From NCBI GenBank assembly GCA_035286665.1, contig DATECY010000187.1, forward strand, positions 1 through 52,485: a stretch of DNA of 52,485 nucleotides, written 5' to 3'. The stretch comes from Acidimicrobiia bacterium. GTDB lineage: Bacteria > Actinomycetota > Acidimicrobiia > Spongiisociales > UBA11373. Shown here in pieces: positions 46,429 through 52,485 of this stretch (the stretch's first letter is position 1; each line of letters starts with the position of its first letter). Under the pieces are notes generated by a model that saw only the letters and a program-made list of their open reading frames with translations, was not told where the DNA came from and made no database searches. The position numbers were made by a program, and so were the translations under genes.

Positions 46429-47058
46429 GTGCTCCAGCGTCTCCATCTCGTCCGCCACGGTGAGGTCTACAACCCCGGCGAGGTGGTCTACGCAGCCCTA
46501 CCGGGGTTCGGGCTCTCAACCCTCGGCATCGCCCAGGCTGCCGCGGCGGCCGACCACCTCAGTGACTCCCACGCCGTGCTCGTCGTTGCTTCGCCGCTGC
46601 AACGTGCCGTCGAGACGGCCACTCGGATCGCCGACCGGCTCGCCATTCGCCTCCGCCTCGACGACCGCCTCGTCGAGTGGGGCCTCGCCCAGCGATGGGC
46701 CGGGGTGGCATGGGCCGATCTCCCTGAACGGTTCCCCGGGGAGCTGGAGGCGTATCTGCGGTCACCAACCGATCTGCCCTTCGCCACCGAGTCGATCGCC
46801 GAGGTGGCGGAGCGGATGGTTGCGGTGGTGTCGGACCTCGATGCCGTCGAGACACCCGAAGCGATCCTGGTGTCCCACCAGGATCCGCTGCAGGCGCTGC
46901 GCCTGGCCTTGACCGACCGTGGCCTGATGATGCTCGCCGTCGACAGACCTGGGCATGCCGCCGTGATCACCCTCGACCGGATCGAAGACCGGTGGACCGA
47001 GCGCCGGTCGTGGTCCCCGCCCGGGCCCTCGTCGACCTTCCCGCCCAGCGGGCCTTGA
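46429..47058 (+). CDS. histidine phosphatase (phosphoglycerate-mutase-like) family protein
   Basis: ORF 46201..47058, trimmed to GTG 46429 (VLQRLHLVRHGEVYNP...). RHGE catalytic motif and SPLQRAVETA. TACACT ends 8 nt before the start codon. Confidence 0.75.
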   Translation: MLQRLHLVRHGEVYNPGEVVYAALPGFGLSTLGIAQAAAAADHLSDSHAVLVVASPLQRAVETATRIADRLAIRLRLDDRLVEWGLAQRWAGVAWADLPERFPGELEAYLRSPTDLPFATESIAEVAERMVAVVSDLDAVETPEAILVSHQDPLQALRLALTDRGLMMLAVDRPGHAAVITLDRIEDRWTERRSWSPPGPSSTFPPSGP

Positions 47059-47082
47059 AATGAGACCTAGAATCCCCGCACC

Positions 47083-47514
47083 ATGCCAGGAGGGACAGCC
47101 CACGTGCGTCGTGTGATCGGCCTTGCCCTGGCGATGAGCACCCTCGTGGCGGCGTGCGGCAGCGGACCGTCGCCGGCGGCGATCGCCAACAACCAGCTTC
47201 CCTCCACGACCACCACGACCCAGCCGCCCCCCGAGGGTGTCATCGTGGTGCACATCTCCAACGGAGCGTTCTCCCCGGCGAACCTGGACCTCGACATCAC
47301 CACCCACTGGATCGTCGAGTGGCGAAACGACGACCCGCCTCGCGAATACATCATCACGTCGCGCGATGCGGGCCTCTTCGAGAGCCCTCTCCTCAAGCCG
47401 GGCGACTCGTTCCAGGTCGACTTCAAAGACATGGCGCCGGCGATCTATCGCTACAACACCTTCCAGGGCAACCAAAGGATCCCCGGCCAGGTAGATACCC
47501 GCCCGAACCGCTGA
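47083..47514 (+). CDS. secreted lipoprotein, possibly cupredoxin-like fold
   Basis: Signal peptide with lipobox LVAAC|GS, a Thr/Pro linker, and a ~90-aa beta-rich domain. No metal ligands obvious. Confidence 0.6.
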   Translation: MPGGTAHVRRVIGLALAMSTLVAACGSGPSPAAIANNQLPSTTTTTQPPPEGVIVVHISNGAFSPANLDLDITTHWIVEWRNDDPPREYIITSRDAGLFESPLLKPGDSFQVDFKDMAPAIYRYNTFQGNQRIPGQVDTRPNR

Positions 47515-47544
47515 TCGCTCCGCGTTCGCGGCGATAATGCCGCC

Positions 47545-48303
47545 GTGCCAGCCGCCCCACTGACGGTCACCGCCTTCGTGGCGTTCGCCACGCTGCTCGG
47601 AGGGTTCCAGCTGGCGTTCGGTGACCTGCTCGACCCGGTGTCCGCCGCGGTGGCCGGAGCGGGCATGGTGATCCTCGCCATCGTCGCCGCCTCGGGGACC
47701 TTGCTCGCCCGAGGCCGGTGGGCCGCGCCGACCGACGCCGCCATCGGCGCGACCTGGATCGGGATCGCCGTCGCCGGCCCCCTGGACCCGCTGTCGATCG
47801 CCCTCCTCGCCGCCGGCGCCCTGGCACTCGCCGCCGCATCGGGCCCCTGGCTGCACGGGTGGCTTCGCCGCCTCCCCCGGGCCGACGGCCCGCCTCCGGC
47901 CGCCGTCGTCCTCCTGCTCGCCCTCCTGGCGACCCCGGTGGTCGCCGCCTTCGCCTCGCCCAGCGGCATGCCCGTCCTGTCGGTCGTGCTGGCGGCCTGG
48001 TCGGCCCTTCTCGCCATGGGCCTCGCCCGGATCCTTCCCGGTTCGCTCCTCGCGGCCCGGGTGCTGCATCCGGCGCTGTGCGCCGCGGCAGCCGTCGCCG
48101 CCGGTGTCCCCGGAGGCGCCCCCCTGGTGGCCGTCGGTGTGGTGGCGACGGCGGCGGCCTGGCGCCGGGACGTCGCGCTCGCCATCGCCCCGGCGGTGCC
48201 CCGCCGCAGCGACGCCGTGGCCATCCCGCCGGAGCTCGTGCCCCCCGAGATCCTCGAGGCGGCCGGTCTGGACGACCGCGGCCGACCGAAGCAGGCGCCA
48301 TGA
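47545..48303 (+). CDS. hypothetical polytopic membrane protein (Ala/Leu-rich)
   Basis: 252 aa, GTG start, about 7 hydrophobic segments. Co-directional with and coupled to its neighbours. The competing antisense ORFs are Arg/Gly/Pro-rich junk. Confidence 0.5.
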   Translation: MPAAPLTVTAFVAFATLLGGFQLAFGDLLDPVSAAVAGAGMVILAIVAASGTLLARGRWAAPTDAAIGATWIGIAVAGPLDPLSIALLAAGALALAAASGPWLHGWLRRLPRADGPPPAAVVLLLALLATPVVAAFASPSGMPVLSVVLAAWSALLAMGLARILPGSLLAARVLHPALCAAAAVAAGVPGGAPLVAVGVVATAAAWRRDVALAIAPAVPRRSDAVAIPPELVPPEILEAAGLDDRGRPKQAP

Positions 48304-48602
48304 GGCGGCTCCCCAATCCGTGGGTGGCGGTGCCCGTCCTCGTGGCGGCACTCTCCGGAGGCGCCGTCGGCTACTTCGTCACCGACGCGTCGTGCGCACG
48401 TGGGAGTTGCACGCTGTCGGCGTCGATCGTCGCCGCCGTCGTAGCCGTCGGCGCCGGTGTCGGGATCGGCGTGATCGCGGTGCTCGCCCTCAAGTCGCTC
48501 GACGAGTTCCGCAGCCACCGGGAGCGGGAAATCCTCGTCGAGGAGTCGCCGAAGACGCTGCAACCGGGCCCGCCCAGAGATCGCCGTGATTCTCTGCCGT
48601 GA
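48300..48602 (+). CDS. small hypothetical membrane protein (100 aa, 2 TM)
   Basis: ATG 48300 overlaps the previous stop (ATGA). Sequence MRRLPNPWVAVPVLVAALSGGAVGYFV...IVAAVVAVGAGVGIGVIAVLAL. Lies inside the frame of track ORF 47718..48602. Confidence 0.5.
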   Translation: MRRLPNPWVAVPVLVAALSGGAVGYFVTDASCARGSCTLSASIVAAVVAVGAGVGIGVIAVLALKSLDEFRSHREREILVEESPKTLQPGPPRDRRDSLP

Positions 48603-48607
48603 CCGAT

Positions 48608-49852
48608 CTAGCTGTGGGCGGTGAACACCAGGGAGACGTTGTGGCCGCCGAACCCGAACGAGTTCGTCATGGCGGTCTTCACCGCCACCGCACGCGCCTC
48701 ATTGGGCACGTAGTCGAGGTCGCATGCGGGGTCGGGCGTTTCATAGTTGATGGTCGGGGGGACCACACCGTCGCGGATCGCCAGAATGCACACGAGGGAT
48801 TCCAGGGCGCCGGCGCCACCGAGGAGGTGGCCGGTCATCGACTTCGTCGACGACACCGGCACCTCGTGGGCGTAATCGCCGAACACCGTCTTGATGGCGG
48901 CCGTCTCAGTGGAGTCGTTCGCCTGGGTCGAGGTGCCGTGGGCGTTGATGTAGTCGATGCCGGTCGGCCGGATGCCGGCATCGTCGAGGGCGTTCTGCAT
49001 GGCGCGGGCGGCGCCGCCCCCGCCGGGGCGGGGGAGCGTGACGTGATACCCGTCGGCTGACATGCCGTAACCCGCGACCTCGGCGTAGATCTTGGCCCCA
49101 CGCCCCAGGGCATGCTCGCGTTCCTCGAGGATGAGCGTTGCAGCCCCTTCCCCCATCACGAACCCATCCCGGTCGAGGTCGAACGGACGGGAGGCGTGTG
49201 CGGGGTCGTCGTTGCGGGTGGAGAGCGCCCGGGCCTGACTGAAGCCTGCCAACGCGAATTCGCAGACCGGGGCCTCGCCCCCGCCGGCAACCATCACGTC
49301 GGCGGCGTTCCGCTTGATGATCTCGGCCGCATCGCCGATGGCATTTGCCGACGCCGCGCAGGCGGTGACCACACAGCTGTTGGGGCCGTAGAGGTGGTAT
49401 CGGATCGACACCAGTCCGGCAGCCATGTTGGAGATGATCTGCGTGATCGCCAGCGGACTGACCCGATCCGGCCCCCGCTGGCGCATCGTGTCGATCCCCT
49501 CCTGGAACGAGATCATCCCCCCGATCCCCGAACCCACGACGACACCCGCCCTCAGTGCCGCAGGGTCGTCTTCCTCGTAGTGGATGCCGGCGTCGGCGAG
49601 TGCCTGGTGGGTCGATGCCCAGAAGAACTGGTCGTACCGATCGAGACGGCGCGCCTCCTTGCGCTCGATGTACTGCTCGGGATCGAAGTCGGGCACCTCG
49701 GCGGCGATCGTGGCCCGCATGCCCGACGGGTCGAACGCGGTGATCCGGCCCACTCCCGAGCGCCCGGCCAGCGCCGCACTCCAAAAGGAGTCGACGTCGT
49801 GGCCGAGGGGGTTGACCGTGCCGAGACCGGTGACGACGACTCGCCGGCTCAC
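48608..49852 (-). CDS. fabF: beta-ketoacyl-ACP synthase II
   Basis: 414 aa. Starts RRVVVTGLGTVNPLG. Active-site Cys context VVTACAAS, plus the His-His pair (NAHGTST, HLLGGAG). Confidence 0.92.
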   Translation of the reverse strand: MSRRVVVTGLGTVNPLGHDVDSFWSAALAGRSGVGRITAFDPSGMRATIAAEVPDFDPEQYIERKEARRLDRYDQFFWASTHQALADAGIHYEEDDPAALRAGVVVGSGIGGMISFQEGIDTMRQRGPDRVSPLAITQIISNMAAGLVSIRYHLYGPNSCVVTACAASANAIGDAAEIIKRNAADVMVAGGGEAPVCEFALAGFSQARALSTRNDDPAHASRPFDLDRDGFVMGEGAATLILEEREHALGRGAKIYAEVAGYGMSADGYHVTLPRPGGGGAARAMQNALDDAGIRPTGIDYINAHGTSTQANDSTETAAIKTVFGDYAHEVPVSSTKSMTGHLLGGAGALESLVCILAIRDGVVPPTINYETPDPACDLDYVPNEARAVAVKTAMTNSFGFGGHNVSLVFTAHS

Positions 49853-49854
49853 GG

Positions 49855-50100
49855 TCAGCCTTCGAGCTTCTGCATCACCACGTCGACGGCTTGGCCGACC
49901 GTGCCGATCGACTCGGCTTCCTCGTCGGGGATGCTCACACCGAACGTGTCCTCGAGTGCCATGAGCAACTCGACCACGCCCAGCGAGTCCACTTCGAGAT
50001 CCTCCTCGAAGCGCGCCCCCATGTTGATCTTGTCGCGATCGATTCCCAGCTCGTCCACGAGCAGATCGGTCATCTTCGCTTCGACTTCGGGTCTCTTCAT
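49855..50100 (-). CDS. acpP: acyl carrier protein
   Basis: ORF 49855..50283, trimmed to ATG 50100 with AAGGAG upstream. 81 aa. Phosphopantetheine site LEVDSLGVVELLMALED. Confidence 0.9.
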   Translation of the reverse strand: MKRPEVEAKMTDLLVDELGIDRDKINMGARFEEDLEVDSLGVVELLMALEDTFGVSIPDEEAESIGTVGQAVDVVMQKLEG

Positions 50101-50131
50101 TGTGGCTCCTTGGGTGTTTGGGTCCGCAGAC

Positions 50132-50866
50132 CTAGAACCCCAGCCCCCCATCGACCACCAGCACCTGGCCGGTGACGTAGGACGCCTGGTCCGAGGCAAG
50201 ATAGCCCACGACGGACGCGACCTCCGCGGGGGTCCCGAATCGCCCGAGGGAGATCGAGGGAAGCACCGCTTGGTGCACGTCATCGCCGAGGGCTCGCGTC
50301 ATGTCGGTCTGGATGAAACCAGGCGCGACCGCATTCACGGTGATACCTCTCGATCCGACCTCCTTGGCGACGGACTTGGTGAAACCGATGAGCCCCGCCT
50401 TGGCCGCGGCGTAGTTCGCCTGCCCGGCGTTGCCGGTGATGCCCGCCACCGAGGTGACGGATACGATCCGGCCCCATTTGGCCTTGAGCATCCCGCGGAG
50501 CGCCGCCTTCGTGCACAAGTAGGCGGCAGTGAGATTGGTCTGGATCACCGACGCCCACGCCTCGGGCTTCATGCGCAGGAGCAGGTCGTCGGCGGTGATG
50601 CCGGCGTTGTTCACGAGGACCTCGACGGGGCCGAAGTAGCTCTCGACCGCAGCGAACATGGCTGCCACCGCATCGGGGTCCCCGACGTCGCCCTGGACGG
50701 CAAACCCGTTTCCTCCGGCGGCGGCGATTGCGGCCACGGCCTCATCGGCCGCATCGCTCCGAGTGTGATAGTTCACCGCCACGCGGTGGCCCGAGCCGGC
50801 GAGGTGTTCGGCGATCGCCCTGCCGATCCCCCGCGACCCTCCGGTGACGAGCGCGACGCGGTCCAC
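50132..50866 (-). CDS. fabG: 3-oxoacyl-ACP reductase
   Basis: Contains VALVTGGSRGIGRAIA, NNAGI and the YAAAK catalytic motif. 244 aa. GTG start adjacent to the fabH stop. Confidence 0.88.
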   Translation of the reverse strand: MDRVALVTGGSRGIGRAIAEHLAGSGHRVAVNYHTRSDAADEAVAAIAAAGGNGFAVQGDVGDPDAVAAMFAAVESYFGPVEVLVNNAGITADDLLLRMKPEAWASVIQTNLTAAYLCTKAALRGMLKAKWGRIVSVTSVAGITGNAGQANYAAAKAGLIGFTKSVAKEVGSRGITVNAVAPGFIQTDMTRALGDDVHQAVLPSISLGRFGTPAEVASVVGYLASDQASYVTGQVLVVDGGLGF

Positions 50867-51937
50867 TCAGATCCCCTTGCCGTGCACGGCGATGTTGGCG
50901 GCGAGCAGTTCGAGGGCGGTCGCCGTCGTCGGCGGCAACGCCGCGTCCGATGTGCCGAGCGGAGTGATCCGGCTGCCCCACTGCAGCAGCGCGGCAGCCC
51001 AGGTGAAGCCGCCGCCGAAGGCGGCGAGCAGAACCCGCGACCCGGGTTGGATGCGGCCCGCTTCGAGCGCCTCGGTGAGAGCGATGGGGATCGTCGCCGC
51101 CGACGTGTTGCCGTACGAGGCGATGTTGATGAACACCTTCGCCGGGTCGAGCGACAGGCGGCGCACGGTCGCGTCGATGATCCGCACGTTCGCCTGATGC
51201 GGGATGAGGAGATCGACGTCGTCCACGGACAGCCCCGCCTTCTCGATGACCCGCACCGAGGAGTCGCCCATCGCGATGACCGCCCGACGGAACACCTCCG
51301 GACCCTCCATGAGGATGGTCGGCAGGACCGTCCGGTCGGGATGCCCTTCGGTGCCGCTCGACGGCACGCACAGCAGATCGCCTGCCGTGCCGTCGGAGCC
51401 CAGTTCGAAGGCCAGCAGGCCTCCCTCCTCGTCGGACGCCTCCAGCACCACGGCACCGGCGCCGTCGCCGAAGAGCACGCTGGTGGAACGGTTGGAGAAG
51501 TCGAGCCAGTATGAGAGCTTCTCGGCGCCGACGACGAGCACCCGGCGCATCGACCCCGACCGGATCATCTGATCGGCGGTCGAAACGGCGAAGATGAACC
51601 CGGAGCACGCCGCGTTGAGGTCCATGGCCGCAGCCTTCGATGCGCCGAGCTTGGCCTGCACCGTGGCGGCGGCACTGGGGATCGCCCGATCCGGGGTGCA
51701 CGTCGCCATGATGATGAGATCGAGGTCGGTCGCCTCGATGCCGGCGGCGGCGAGGGCATGGCGGGCGGCGACGGTGGACATGTCCGACACCTCGACGTGG
51801 CTGATCCGTCGCTCCTTGATCCCGGTGCGGCTGGTGATCCACTCGTCGCTCGTGTCGGTGACCGTCTCCAGGTCGGCGTTGCTCAGCACCGTCGGCGGGA
51901 CACAGCGCCCCCACCCGGTGATCATGGCGTTCGGCAC
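50867..51937 (-). CDS. fabH: beta-ketoacyl-ACP synthase III
   Basis: Contains TSDEWITSRTGIKERR, active-site Cys context NAACSGF, HQANVRI and GNTSAATIP. GTG 51937 lies 6 nt after GAGGAG. Confidence 0.9.
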   Translation of the reverse strand: MPNAMITGWGRCVPPTVLSNADLETVTDTSDEWITSRTGIKERRISHVEVSDMSTVAARHALAAAGIEATDLDLIIMATCTPDRAIPSAAATVQAKLGASKAAAMDLNAACSGFIFAVSTADQMIRSGSMRRVLVVGAEKLSYWLDFSNRSTSVLFGDGAGAVVLEASDEEGGLLAFELGSDGTAGDLLCVPSSGTEGHPDRTVLPTILMEGPEVFRRAVIAMGDSSVRVIEKAGLSVDDVDLLIPHQANVRIIDATVRRLSLDPAKVFINIASYGNTSAATIPIALTEALEAGRIQPGSRVLLAAFGGGFTWAAALLQWGSRITPLGTSDAALPPTTATALELLAANIAVHGKGI

Positions 51938-51949
51938 CGGCGGCTCCTC

Positions 51950-52485
51950 TCAGTCGATGGACGTTGACATGTCGGCGAGCGTCGCTACTGCGGCCGGGAC
52001 GTCGGCAACCGAAGAGACGGTGATCGCTTCGGCACCCTGTACCGACCTCTTGGCGAGCCCAGCGGTTACATCACCCGGGCCGACGTGGACGAAGCGCCGC
52101 ACCCCGGCGGCCGCCATGCCGGCGAGGGTGTCGGCGAACCGGACCGGCGACGTGAGCTGGGCGACGAGGGTGCCGGCGACGTCCCCGGTGTACGGGAGGG
52201 CGGTGGCATTCGCCCAGACCGGGAAGTCGGCTCGGGCGACCGATGCCCCGGCGAGCGCCTCCCCGAGCTGCGCCGCCGCGGTGGCCATGAACGGGGAGTG
52301 GAAGGCACCGGCGACCTTCAGCGGGATGACCCGCTTGATGTCGAACGCGGAGGCATGGGCCGACGCCCAGGCGAGGTCGTCGGTCCCGCCGGCGACGACC
52401 ACCTGCCCGGGGGCATTGACGTTCGCCACCCACAGGCGGCCGCCGTCCTCCCTCCGGGCCGCCGCCATCGCTTCGGCATCGAAAG
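51950..52485 (-). CDS. fabD: malonyl-CoA--ACP transacylase, C-terminal part (5' end outside the window)
   Basis: The frame stays open to the window edge. Contains VANVNAPGQVVVAGG, KVAGAFHSPFM and SPVRF, which are typical FabD C-terminal blocks. Confidence 0.85.
   Translation of the reverse strand, partial: FDAEAMAAARREDGGRLWVANVNAPGQVVVAGGTDDLAWASAHASAFDIKRVIPLKVAGAFHSPFMATAAAQLGEALAGASVARADFPVWANATALPYTGDVAGTLVAQLTSPVRFADTLAGMAAAGVRRFVHVGPGDVTAGLAKRSVQGAEAITVSSVADVPAAVATLADMSTSID

Overview
This is a very GC-rich chromosomal segment with Actinomycetota-type gene content and order, possibly Acidimicrobiia-like (inference only). Almost all of it is core housekeeping. Left to right: (1) the 5' part of an IS110-family transposase, cut by the window edge and absent from the ORF track. 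(2) Membrane and transporter genes, a double-length tandem-domain ThyX, and a translationally coupled pair of ArsA/Get3-like ATPases. (3) dnaE. (4) A class-I-aldolase-like gene followed by two tandem phosphofructokinase paralogues. (5) rluD-lspA-dksA-like-DUF167 on the minus strand. (6) ileS preceded by a clear T-box leader with an AUC specifier. (7) An 18-gene, tightly coupled dcw cluster on the minus strand (mraZ-rsmH-ftsL-ftsI-murE-murF-mraY-murD-ftsW-murG-murC-murB-ftsQ-ftsZ-pgeF-yggS-sepF-yggT). It has a six-unit, 10-nt-phased AAGTGG repeat array upstream of mraZ. (8) A YciK-like SDR, a LapA-like protein and an HNH nuclease. (9) An odd AT-rich pair of inverted heptad arrays, followed by a short serine-recombinase-like protein that lacks the catalytic Asp/Arg block and any DNA-binding domain. 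(10) A MoxR-DUF58-transglutaminase module. (11) MerR, DUF3040 and dinB. (12) A small envelope operon. (13) fabD-fabH-fabG-acpP-fabF. I saw no CRISPR array, tRNA or rRNA, and no obvious multi-gene defence-type system. The most unusual items are the heptad hairpin with the degenerate recombinase, the complementary motif degeneracy in the ATPase pair and in ThyX, and the regulatory RNA/DNA elements at ileS and mraZ. All family assignments come from motif recognition by eye; no database search was possible. Many long ORFs in the track are antisense artefacts of high GC, or 5' over-extensions that I trimmed.
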